From: Thiobacillus sp.
Lineage (GTDB): Bacteria > Pseudomonadota > Gammaproteobacteria > Burkholderiales > Thiobacillaceae
Direction of reading: 5' to 3'
DNA: 64,000 nucleotides
Assembly: GCA_046291555.1 (NCBI GenBank)
Contig: JBKBRW010000011.1
Coordinates: 575-64,574, forward strand
Part shown: one piece after another, positions 18,892 through 27,463 of the stretch
Layout: every line of letters begins with the position of its first letter
Position numbering within the stretch: the stretch's first letter is position 1
The notes under the pieces: generated by a model
What the model was told of the DNA's origin: nothing
The model's input: the letters and a program-made list of their open reading frames with translations, nothing else
The model's database searches: none
Translations under genes and position numbers: made by a program

Positions 18892-19544
18892 AACGCCCCC
18901 GCGCCTGCAACCACCGCCGCGAACGGCAGCGAATGCGTGAAGCCGCGATGGCCGAAGGGATGCCCGTAGGGAATCCCCAGCCACGTCCCCAACGCGTCGA
19001 GATCGGGCAGCAGGGCCACCGGCGGCTCGTGCTGCGTGGGCACCTGCAGCCGGGGTCGCCGCACGCGGTCGAGCATGGACGCCAGCGAGGCGCGGAGCGC
19101 CGCTGCGCGCCGCGGGCCGATGCCCGGCACCAGTTCCAGCTGCCCGTCGTGCGCGGCGGCCTCCAGCGCTTCCAGCGTATCCACCGCGAGCGTGTCGTGG
19201 AGGCGGTGGGCGAGGTCTTCGCCCACGCCGGGAAGCGTCTGGAACAGCGCGACCGGATCGGCCGTGCCGCGCAGCCGCTCCAGCTGCGCCCAGCGGCCCG
19301 TGGTCAGAAGCTCCGCGATCGCCGAGGCGATGCCCTTACCCACCCCGGGAATCGTGTCGAGCCCGTCCACCCCCTGCGTTTCGAACAGCTCGCGCACGTC
19401 CTGCGGCAGCCGCGCCAACGTGTCGCCCGCCCGGCGGTAGGCCGCCGCGCGGAAGGGATTCGCGCCCTGCGCCGCGAGCAGGTCGGCCATTTCGCGCAGG
19501 CGCTCGGCGATGGCCAGATTGTCGGAGGTGGCTTGGTCAGGCAT
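18516..19544 (-). CDS. Chimeric ORF: PolX-type helix-hairpin-helix N-terminus fused to a membrane metal-dependent hydrolase (YdjM/YbcI-like) C-terminus
   Basis: NPFRAAAYRRA, IPGVGKGIA, VPGIGPRRA; then PDLD, HRGFTHS, SHGLIDAMT; junction about 19008-19016. Confidence 0.75.
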   Translation of the reverse strand: MPDQATSDNLAIAERLREMADLLAAQGANPFRAAAYRRAGDTLARLPQDVRELFETQGVDGLDTIPGVGKGIASAIAELLTTGRWAQLERLRGTADPVALFQTLPGVGEDLAHRLHDTLAVDTLEALEAAAHDGQLELVPGIGPRRAAALRASLASMLDRVRRPRLQVPTQHEPPVALLPDLDALGTWLGIPYGHPFGHRGFTHSLPFAAVVAGAGAFYMSSFGLDPWLAFAVLFVSAASHGLIDAMTTGGLGVGLFSPFSQRRHFLPWRVIEVSPLRPLELLSRRGLAVLRSELRWVWLPCAAVALVGLAVRAAVGDSVAATTSGTVISAALVPPCTPTWT

Positions 19545-19638
19545 GGCGGTGCGCTTCGGACCCATCTGGGTTTGTGGCGCGGGCGGGTACTATTAGGCCT
19601 TCGTTTCGCATCTACGCCCCGCGCGCTTCAGAGTGTCG

Positions 19639-21645
19639 ATGAACATACCGGCGAGTCCAGCCCGCATCAAGCTTCGGGAAAGCCCGGCGGGCGAATCTGG
19701 CCCCCGCGCGGTTGTTTTCGATGAGGCCGAGACAGCGTGCCTGCGGGACTGCATCGCGCAATATCAGGCGCGGATTCCGGGGCTGGCCGAACTGGGCGAA
19801 CAGCTCAACGCGCTCGCCACCCCATCCCCTCTCCCCGCCGGGGAGAGGATCAGGGAGAGGGGCGGTGTTCGCCCCCAGTCGCCGTCCGCAGCCCCCTCTT
19901 CCCACCCCTCTCCCTCGAAGGGAGAGGGGATCGACGCGCTCAACACGCTTTACGACCAGAGCTACCCCCTGCTGGAACAGGTGATGTGGTCGGGCGCGGC
20001 CGACTTTCACTCCCTGCTCGCGACCTACCAGGCGCTGCACCGCGAGCAGGAGGCGCTCATCGCCCGCACAGGCAACGACGACCGGCACGACTTCATCGTC
20101 GCCATTCCGGTGGCCGACCGCCCGCCGCACCTCCAAGCCTGCCTGGAAAGCATTTATCGGGTGTGCAAGGCGTTCGACTACGGCGGCCACGCCTCCGGCA
20201 CGTGGCAGAAGATCACGATCCTCGTCGCCGAGGACAGCCGCGACACAGCCAACGTGCGTCGCCATCAGGCGCTCGTCGACGACTACCGCCAGAAAGGCCT
20301 AGAGGTCATCCACTACGGCCTCGCCGAGCAGTACGAACTGCTGCACGCCCTGCCACCGTCGCAGCGTGAGCAGCTCGGCCACCTGCTCACCACGCAGCCG
20401 AAGGACGCCTTTTACCTCAAGGGCCAGGCCGCCAACCGCAACCTCTGCTATCTGAAATTCCTGCAGCTCACGCAGCACCGCGACCGCACGCTCTACTACC
20501 TCGTCGACAGCGACGAGAGCCTGTGCGTGAACCGGCAGACCGGCGCCGGCGAGGACATCGTCCACGCGCTGCCCTACTTCCACGCCATCGACCGCATTTT
20601 CCGCAGCACCGACACGCTGATGCTCACCGGCAAGATGGTCGGCGACCCGCCGGTGTCGCCGGCGGTGATGGCGGTCAACTTCCTCGACGACGTCGCCGCC
20701 TTCTTCGCGCGGCAGGCCACGCTGGGTGGCAGCGACGCCTGCAGCTTCCACGGCGCGCAGGGCCCGGTCGCCGGCGACGCCGCCTATCACGACATGGCGA
20801 AGCTCTTCGGATTTGAGCACCAGACGGCGACCTACCCCTACGCCTGCCGCCTGCATGGCGACCACGACCACGCCGCGTGCCTCGCCGACTTCGCCAGCCG
20901 TCTCAACGCCTTCTTCTTCGGCGAGCACCTCACGCGCAAGACCTGGTTCGCCTACGGCAAGGGCTTCCGCGAGCTTGTCCCCGCGCGCACCGTCTACCCG
21001 GGCAACTACGTCGTCAGCTACGCCGGGCTCAAGTACATCATCCCCTTCGGACATCTGCGCCTACGCATGTCCGGCCCCACCGCCGGCCGGCTCATCGCCG
21101 CCGAGATCGGGCCGCGCTTCGCATCCGCCAACCTGCCCAACCTGCACCGGCGCACCACCAAGGCCGGCTTGCATGACGACTTCCGCCCCGGCGTGGAGCT
21201 GGGCGAAGCGGGCGTCGATCTCTCCAACGAATTCGAGCGCCAGTTCTTCGGCGACCTGATGCTGTTTGCCACCGAAGTGCTGGTGAAGAAGGCCGACGTC
21301 AACCGGCCCTTTGCGCGCGACGTCGTCGAAGCCATAGTCAACCAGAAGGAAGCCGAACTGCTGGCACTCTACCAGCAGAAGCACGACGCGATCGTCGAGC
21401 GCAGCCGGCAGTTGAACAAGCTGGTTTTCGGGGCCGGCCACTGGTGGCTCTACGCCCCCGAACTCGCCGACGCCCTGCAGCAGGTGCGCGCCTTCCTCGA
21501 CAACATCGACCGCAACTTCGGCGAGCACGCACTGGCCTGGCAGCTGATCCAGTCCGCCGAACACCGCGCCGCGCGCAAGGCGCAGATCGTCGAGGCCCTG
21601 CTGAACTACCGGGCCGAGCGCGACGCCTGGGACAAGCTGTTCTGA
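19639..21645 (+). CDS. Large uncharacterised protein with GT-A (GT2-like) fold motifs
   Basis: FIVAIPVADRPPHLQACLES; LVAEDS; GQAANRN; YLVDSD (DxD). Confidence 0.6.
   Translation: MNIPASPARIKLRESPAGESGPRAVVFDEAETACLRDCIAQYQARIPGLAELGEQLNALATPSPLPAGERIRERGGVRPQSPSAAPSSHPSPSKGEGIDALNTLYDQSYPLLEQVMWSGAADFHSLLATYQALHREQEALIARTGNDDRHDFIVAIPVADRPPHLQACLESIYRVCKAFDYGGHASGTWQKITILVAEDSRDTANVRRHQALVDDYRQKGLEVIHYGLAEQYELLHALPPSQREQLGHLLTTQPKDAFYLKGQAANRNLCYLKFLQLTQHRDRTLYYLVDSDESLCVNRQTGAGEDIVHALPYFHAIDRIFRSTDTLMLTGKMVGDPPVSPAVMAVNFLDDVAAFFARQATLGGSDACSFHGAQGPVAGDAAYHDMAKLFGFEHQTATYPYACRLHGDHDHAACLADFASRLNAFFFGEHLTRKTWFAYGKGFRELVPARTVYPGNYVVSYAGLKYIIPFGHLRLRMSGPTAGRLIAAEIGPRFASANLPNLHRRTTKAGLHDDFRPGVELGEAGVDLSNEFERQFFGDLMLFATEVLVKKADVNRPFARDVVEAIVNQKEAELLALYQQKHDAIVERSRQLNKLVFGAGHWWLYAPELADALQQVRAFLDNIDRNFGEHALAWQLIQSAEHRAARKAQIVEALLNYRAERDAWDKLF
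19826..19929. repeat. Inverted pair of REP-like palindromes inserted in-frame in the GT-like gene
   Basis: CCCCTCTCCCCGCCGGGGAGAGG...GGGAGAGGGG (19826-19862) and CCCCTCTTCCCACCCCTCTCCCTCGAAGGGAGAGGGG (19893-19929). Confidence 0.8.
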
Positions 21646-21788
21646 CGGCACGGCCCCTCTCCCCCGGGCGCGGCAGGGGGTGTGGGCTCAGCGCGTGGTT
21701 CCGTCTTTCCAGACGCCGGACCAGCCCAACATTCCCTTCGCCTGATCTACATTGAAAGGAGTGCACATTCGCGGAAGGGGGCGACCTC

Positions 21789-22626
21789 ATGGACTTCCTC
21801 AATGGTCGTTTGCAGGCGTTTCTCGGCCCGACCGGCGCGGCGGGGGGGGCTCGACACCAACCGCAAGCAGTTCGTGACCCTGCTGCGCCGCGCGGTAGAC
21901 GGCAAAATCGACTTCAATCCGAAAATCTTCCACCACAAGTTCATCGTCCGCGACCAGGGCGAGGCTCGCGAGGCTGTCCTGACCGGGTCGGCCAACTTCA
22001 CGACCACCGACACGCAGCGCAACCTCAACCACACCGTGATCTTCCACGACATCGGCGTGGCGGCTGCGTACCAGAGCGAGTTCGATCAGCTGTGGGACGG
22101 CATCTTCGGCGAGCGGTCGCCGAAGCTCACCACGGCCGATCCGCTCACGCTCGACATCGAGGGTAGCCCGGTGCAGATCCTGTTCTCCCCCGACAACACC
22201 CCCGAGTTGCGCATCCTCAACGAAATCCTCACGGCGCAGACCTCGGCGCACTTCATGATGTTCACCTTCGCGAAGTCCACCACCATCGACGACGCGCTCC
22301 TCAGCAAGCTGCAGGGCGGCAGCTTCGAGGTCGTCGGCGTGCTCGACGACGGCCAGTCGGCGCAAAAGTGGTCACCGCACAAGGCGCTCATCAAGAAAGG
22401 CGCCAGGCTCCGGCGCGAGACGCTCCCCAACAACGGCAAGCTTCACCACAAGCTGCTCGAGCTCGACGACCGCACCGTGATCGGCGGAAGCTTCAACTAC
22501 ACGGGACCGGCGAACCGCTACAACGACGAGAACCTCTTCCTGGTGCGCGACGCCGCCGTAGCGGCGTTCTTCAAGGCCGAGGTGAAGCGCGTGTTCGAGA
22601 GCAACACGCTGTCGGCAGATTTTTAG
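21789..22626 (+). pseudogene. Phospholipase D-like (two HKD motifs) gene, out of frame at a G8 tract
   Basis: ATG 21789 (MDFLNGRLQAFLGP) is out of frame with FHHKFIVRD...GSANF and LHHKLLELD...GSFNY; G8 at 21842-21849. Confidence 0.7.
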
Positions 22627-22691
22627 CCGAAGTTCAGGCGTCGCACTGAGGCAGGCGGCTGGCGGCGCGGAAACGTGGCGATCGCGACCTA

Positions 22692-22781
22692 CCCCTCTCC
22701 CCAACCCTCTCCCCCAAGGGGGCGAGGGAGCGTTGGCAGACCCCCCTCTCCCGCTCGCGGGAGACGGGCCGGGGGAGAGGG
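22692..22781. repeat. Intergenic pair of REP-like palindromes
   Basis: CCCCTCTCCCCAACCCTCTCCCCCAAGGGGGCGAGGG and CCCCTCTCCCGCTCGCGGGAGACGGGCCGGGGGAGAGGG. Confidence 0.8.
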
Positions 22782-22787
22782 CCGCCC

Positions 22788-23525
22788 TTAAGGCACCAAC
22801 GAATCCGCCGCCCCGCCAATCATCGCCTGCCGGCATTCCCGATACGCTTCCCGCGCCGCCGCCAGCACGTCATCCGGCACCGCGATGTGCGAATAGTCCG
22901 ATCTGGCCGGATCGATGCGTCCGCTGCCCATGCGCGCCGAAGTATCCCCCCGCCGCGCCTTGCCCGTATGGCTGAACACCTGGTACTGCTCGGTGAGCGG
23001 CGAATCCAGCGCCAGCCAGGCCGTCAGCCGGGGAAGCAGCGTTTCCGGCGCACGCTGCAGCCGCTCCGCGTCGAAGTAGAAATACGGCCAGTCCGTCGTC
23101 CGGCAGAACGCCGCCAACGCCCGCACCCGCTCCACGTAGTACTGCGCCGCCTGCACCGGCGAGGCGTACAGGTCCGGGTCCGGCTTCTGCGCGAAGAGAT
23201 GCACGATGCTCCGGATCGTGTGCGCCGGTTCCGCCAGCGCCACCAGGATCTTGATGTCGGCCAGGCCCAGCCGCTCGGGCTTGAGCACATAGTCGTTATG
23301 CAGCAGCTTGTCGAAGAGGTAGCGGCTGCCCGGCTTGATCGTATCGCCCTGCCGGTAAAGCTCGAGCTGCCGATCCAGCGCGGCGGGCTCCTCGTAGCCG
23401 AGGTGCATTTCGTAGTAGCCGTTGATTCTCGGATGCGAGCCGAGGATGTGCCCCGCCAGGCTGGTGTAGGCGCGCATGTGGCTCAGCAGGAAGATGCGGG
23501 CGTAGGGGTCGGACACAGCGCTCAT
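22788..23525 (-). CDS. Sulfotransferase-family (P-loop) protein
   Basis: IFLLSHMRAYTSLAGHILGSHPRINGYYE resembles the 5'-PAPS-binding segment; family-level call only. Confidence 0.6.
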   Translation of the reverse strand: MSAVSDPYARIFLLSHMRAYTSLAGHILGSHPRINGYYEMHLGYEEPAALDRQLELYRQGDTIKPGSRYLFDKLLHNDYVLKPERLGLADIKILVALAEPAHTIRSIVHLFAQKPDPDLYASPVQAAQYYVERVRALAAFCRTTDWPYFYFDAERLQRAPETLLPRLTAWLALDSPLTEQYQVFSHTGKARRGDTSARMGSGRIDPARSDYSHIAVPDDVLAAAREAYRECRQAMIGGAADSLVP

Positions 23526-23660
23526 TGTTTCAATTCGTCGTGGTCGTTCGTCCGCATTCTCATTTCAAGAATTGGGAATAGCCAAGCGCCTGCGCTTATT
23601 TGCCATTCGCGAATGGCGAACACAGTCCCCTTGGACCAAGAAGCGAGCGCACCCGTCAAA

Positions 23661-23693
23661 ACGACAAACCCGGCATCGAGCCGGGTTTGTCGT
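23661..23693. terminator. Perfect 14-bp hairpin, likely terminator
   Basis: ACGACAAACCCGGC-ATCGA-GCCGGGTTTGTCGT downstream of the TA cluster. Confidence 0.7.
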
Positions 23694-23707
23694 GGGTCCA
23701 GGATCGG

Positions 23708-23880
23708 TCAGGCCGCTTTTCTGTCCGATGCCGGCGCCGTATTCCGCTTGCTTGCGTCGAGCACTTCAACGCCGGCCACTTGTCCGTTCTCGTCAAAGTC
23801 CAGAATGATTCCGGGCTGCACTTCCTCTGACTCGATGATCTTTGCTTCATTGAGCCGAATGCACAGTGCATCCACCTGGG
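23708..23880 (-). pseudogene. DUF2283-domain protein (antitoxin-like), N-terminus degenerate, no partner toxin
   Basis: VDALCIRLNEAKIIESEEVQPGIILDFDENGQVAGVEVLDASKR; no clear SD/ATG. Confidence 0.65.
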
Positions 23881-23922
23881 GAAGCGAATTGATTGTGCAG
23901 GCTGAGCAAACGCTTCGTTCAC

Positions 23923-24330
23923 TCAATTACCCGGCACATCCTTCCAGTCCACGACCTTGAGCCCGGGCACGTGGGAGAAAGCCCGATCGGCGCTAACCAG
24001 CATGCAGTCGTCGGCGCGCGCGTGCGCTGCGATCAGCAAATCCATCGGCGCAAGGGGTTTGCCAAGCGAATCGAGTTCGGTGCGCAGCGTACCGTAGTGC
24101 TCGGCACACGCGGATGTCCATGGGCGGATGTCGCTAGCCAGAAGCAGGTTCTCGATCAGGCTGCGCAGGTCAGCATGAACCGGGCGACGCGCCAGACCGA
24201 AGCGTAATTCGGCTTCGGTGATGACGGACAGGCAGAACGGACGTTGTACCAAAATCTGGCTGAGGCGTGCGGCCTGCCCTTTGACCAGCGCCGAAACGGC
24301 GTTGGTGTCGAGCATGAGCACGGCGCTCAT
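23923..24330 (-). CDS. vapC: VapC PIN-domain toxin
   Basis: MLDTN, ITEAEL, MDLLIAAHA, VSAD acidic tetrad. Confidence 0.93.
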   Translation of the reverse strand: MSAVLMLDTNAVSALVKGQAARLSQILVQRPFCLSVITEAELRFGLARRPVHADLRSLIENLLLASDIRPWTSACAEHYGTLRTELDSLGKPLAPMDLLIAAHARADDCMLVSADRAFSHVPGLKVVDWKDVPGN

Positions 24331-24584
24331 GGCCAGTCACGCTCGCTGTGCGGGCCATTGTCACGCAGGTCGTCGAGCGCGCTGAATTCTTCCTTGGGAA
24401 TGCCGGGCAGCAGGCGGTCGCGCAGCTTCACCCAGTCTTCGAACTTCTTGTTGCGCGGGCTCAGGATGACGTCGCCTGTGACGGGGTCACGGCGGATGAG
24501 CACTTCTTCGCCTTCGAAGCGGAACTCTGCGGGCAGGCGCACCGCCTGACTGCGCCCGTTTTTGAAAAGCTTGGCGGTTTGCAT
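24327..24584 (-). CDS. vapB: VapB antitoxin (AbrB/SpoVT)
   Basis: MQTAKLFKNGRSQAVRLPAEFRF; 4-nt overlap with vapC; TGATATA/TATATCA inverted repeat upstream (24607-24630). Confidence 0.92.
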   Translation of the reverse strand: MQTAKLFKNGRSQAVRLPAEFRFEGEEVLIRRDPVTGDVILSPRNKKFEDWVKLRDRLLPGIPKEEFSALDDLRDNGPHSERDWP

Positions 24585-24676
24585 GGCTGGCCTCCTTCTG
24601 CGTCGATGATATATACCGTGTTGTATATCACTGATGCCAGCGATGCTCAAGTCCGGCAATAGCCGGCCCGTCGGCC

Positions 24677-25357
24677 TCACATCACCCGACTCACCTCGAA
24701 CACCGCCTCGATGCCCTCCCCGTTCCACTGGTATTCCAGGTAGGCGGCGTGCAGGCAGTTCTTCACCAGCGCGGTGCGGAAGGCAGCGAGGCACTGGCCG
24801 CCAGGGTGGCGCACGGAGGGGTAGACGATGCCGAGCGCGCCTTCGCTGCGCAGGCTGCGGCCGATGGTCTGCGGGTAGGCGTAGTCGTCGGGGTCGACGA
24901 TGCGCGGCTCGGCTTGCGCGGCCTTGCGCAGGTCGGCGACGCGGCCTTGCGCGTCGACGCTGTAGAGCCGCATTTGTAATCTCATGGACGGCTCGCGCGT
25001 CGCGGCCATGAAGCGCGCGGCGTGATAGCGGGTTTCGGCAATCGCCGTGTCGCGGTGGCGCGCGCAGTAGAAGACGCCGTAGCTGCCGTCGCTGAAACGG
25101 CTGCCGTGCGGGTTGAGGTGGGTGAAGGCGGCCATGATGCAGGTGCTGCCGGCGCCGTACAGGCGCTCTTCCGGCGGCACGAGGCTGATGTCACCGACTT
25201 CGTCGCGTAGGCGGTCGTTGGTCATGGCCTCCAGCGCGTAGAGGGCGTCGAAATCCTCGGGTCGGGCGACGCGCTCAAACAGGCCCACGGCCGGAAAGCG
25301 GCTGGGGATGACGCGCCAGGCCGGGCGCCATTTGATCGAAACGGTGGGGTAGCTCAA
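24677..25357 (-). CDS. RES-domain toxin (NAD+ phosphorylase family), TTG start
   Basis: GSRFSDGSYGVFY, AIAETRYH, IVYPSVR; TTGA overlap with the antitoxin stop. Confidence 0.88.
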   Translation of the reverse strand: MSYPTVSIKWRPAWRVIPSRFPAVGLFERVARPEDFDALYALEAMTNDRLRDEVGDISLVPPEERLYGAGSTCIMAAFTHLNPHGSRFSDGSYGVFYCARHRDTAIAETRYHAARFMAATREPSMRLQMRLYSVDAQGRVADLRKAAQAEPRIVDPDDYAYPQTIGRSLRSEGALGIVYPSVRHPGGQCLAAFRTALVKNCLHAAYLEYQWNGEGIEAVFEVSRVM

Positions 25358-25770
25358 CCCCAGCCGCCGCGCTGGGCGTCGAGATACTGGCGCACGGCGA
25401 CGAGGTCGGCGACGTTGCCGCCGAGCATGCGCTCGAGCGCGCTCTTGCCGCCGAAGCCCGGCGCGGTGTTGGGCTTTTTCACCCAGGCGTCGGCCGCCGC
25501 GGCGTCGGGCAGCAGGATCTGTAGCGCCTTGTAGATGCCCAGCAGATAAGAGAGCCGCTCGAGCGTGTCGCGCTTGAGCTCGATCGACTCGGGCGCGGCT
25601 TTCCACTTGAAGAAGGTCGAGCGCCCGGGCGAGCCGAGCAGCACCATCTGCTCCTCGGTGGTGAGCCCCCAGTCGCGCGCGATGTTGAAGAAAGCGCGCA
25701 GGCCGGCGGCGGAAATCTCGCGCGCGCTCGGTTTTGGCGGGGTGTGAGAGGCAGCGGCTGCTTTGGGCAT
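25354..25770 (-). CDS. Xre/MbcA/ParS-type antitoxin (DUF2384)
   Basis: HTH LGSPGRSTFFKWK; ERLSYLLGIYKALQIL; WVKKPN..FGG. Confidence 0.88.
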   Translation of the reverse strand: MPKAAAASHTPPKPSAREISAAGLRAFFNIARDWGLTTEEQMVLLGSPGRSTFFKWKAAPESIELKRDTLERLSYLLGIYKALQILLPDAAAADAWVKKPNTAPGFGGKSALERMLGGNVADLVAVRQYLDAQRGGWG

Positions 25771-25947
25771 AGGAGTTCGCTAATACGCCATTAGACAATG
25801 GATAGTCCATTTATAGACTTATGGCAAGGCGACCGGAAACGATGGGGCGCCCAACCAAACGCCACCCGACTTCAGCACTGCGGACACAAAATGCTGTTGC
25901 CAAGGCCGTGTCCCGGCTTGCCGTTCTCAGCCCGTCTGTCCGCCAGA

Positions 25948-26199
25948 CTAACGAGCGTAAAGCCAGGCCACTCCGGAAAAGATCAGTCCCGTTGCGCTCA
26001 ACCCGAGCACGAACTGGATGAAGTGGAACCCTTCGTACCCGCGACCCACCGCAATGCCATTCGCGGAGACCGCCGCATAGAGAAGCGGGAGAAGCCTGTA
26101 AACCCAGCCCCGCTCCCACCGGAGACCGCAGAAGACAAAAGCCAGGAACAATCCCCCGACCCAGATAATTGCGCCTACCAAGGACCCCAATTCGTACAT
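25948..26199 (-). CDS. Small hypothetical membrane protein (about 3 TM)
   Basis: 83-aa hydrophobic ORF just downstream of trpS. Confidence 0.45.
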   Translation of the reverse strand: MYELGSLVGAIIWVGGLFLAFVFCGLRWERGWVYRLLPLLYAAVSANGIAVGRGYEGFHFIQFVLGLSATGLIFSGVAWLYAR

Positions 26200-26216
26200 C
26201 GGGCGCTTCCGCGCCC

Positions 26217-27419
26217 TCAGCCGAAGGTGAGCCCCATCGACTCGCGCACGTCGCGCATCGTGTCGCGCGCCAACTCCTGTGCCTTTTCGCAGCCGTCGGC
26301 GAGGATGTTACGCACCTGGTCGGGGTTGTCCTCGTAGTACTGCGCGCGTTCACGGATCGGCGCGAGTTCGTTGAGCACGGCGTCGATCACGGGCTGCTTG
26401 CATTCGAGGCAGCCTATGCCAGCACTCGTGCAGCCGGCGGTGACCCACTGCCGCACGGCGTCGTCGGAATACACCATGTGGAACTGCCACACCGGGCAGT
26501 TGGCCGGGTTGCCGGGGTCGGTGCGGCGCACGCGCGCGGGGTCGGTCGGCATGGTACGGATCTTCTTCGCGACGGTGTCGGGGTCTTCCCTTAACGCGAT
26601 GGTGTTGTTGTACGACTTGGACATCTTCTGGCCGTCGAGGCCCGGCATTTTCGAGGCCTCGGTGAGCAGCGCCTCGGGTTCGGCGAGGATCATCTTGCCC
26701 GAGCCTTCGAGGTAGCCGAACAGGCGCTCGCGGTCGCTCATCGACAGGTTCTGCGCGTCGTTGAGCAGCGCCTTGGCGGATTCGAGCGCTTCCTCGTCGC
26801 CCTTTTCCTGGTAGGCGGTGCGGCATTCCTCGTAGACGCGCGCCTTCTTCGAGCCGAGCTTCTTCACCGCGGCGCGCGCCTTGTCCTCGAAGCCCGGCTC
26901 TCGGCCATAGAGGTGGTTGAAGCGGCGGCAGATCTCGCGGGTGAATTCGATGTGCGGCACCTGGTCCTCGCCGACCGGCACGAGGTTGGCGCGGTAGATG
27001 AGGATGTCCGCGCTCTGCAGCAGCGGGTAGCCAAGGAAGCCATAGGTGGAAAGGTCCTTCTCGCTCAACTTTTCCTGCTGGTCCTTGTAGGTCGGCACGC
27101 GTTCCAGCCAGCCGAGCGGCGTCATCATCGACAGCAAGAGATGCAGCTCGGCGTGCTCGATCACGCGCGACTGCACGAAGAGCGTGGCCTGCGCCGGGTC
27201 GACGCCGGCAGCGAGCCAATCGACCACCATGTCGCGCACGTTGGCCTCGATGACCTCGGGGGTGTCGTAGTGGGTAGTGAGCGCATGCCAGTCGGCGACG
27301 AAGAACAGGCACTGGTACTCGCTCTGCAGCCGCAGCCAGTTTTTCAGCACGCCGTGGTAGTGGCCGAGGTGGAGGCGCCCGGTGGGGCGCATGCCGGAGA
27401 GAACGCGGTCGGAGTACAT
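26217..27419 (-). CDS. trpS: Tryptophanyl-tRNA synthetase
   Basis: SGMRPTGRLHLGH; VPVGEDQ; KMSKS. Confidence 0.98.
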   Translation of the reverse strand: MYSDRVLSGMRPTGRLHLGHYHGVLKNWLRLQSEYQCLFFVADWHALTTHYDTPEVIEANVRDMVVDWLAAGVDPAQATLFVQSRVIEHAELHLLLSMMTPLGWLERVPTYKDQQEKLSEKDLSTYGFLGYPLLQSADILIYRANLVPVGEDQVPHIEFTREICRRFNHLYGREPGFEDKARAAVKKLGSKKARVYEECRTAYQEKGDEEALESAKALLNDAQNLSMSDRERLFGYLEGSGKMILAEPEALLTEASKMPGLDGQKMSKSYNNTIALREDPDTVAKKIRTMPTDPARVRRTDPGNPANCPVWQFHMVYSDDAVRQWVTAGCTSAGIGCLECKQPVIDAVLNELAPIRERAQYYEDNPDQVRNILADGCEKAQELARDTMRDVRESMGLTFG

Positions 27420-27463
27420 GTCGGGGGTCAGGCTTCAGGGATCAGAATTCGGGGCGCGCTGGA

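Noticed and set aside
19826-22781. CRISPR array from recurring CCCCTCTCCC repeats
   Set aside because: Copies are dispersed, degenerate and in inverted pairs, without regular spacers or cas genes; REP-like instead
26640-26920. Extra helical insertion in TrpRS
   Set aside because: The roughly 400-aa form with this insertion is, to my knowledge, common in betaproteobacteria
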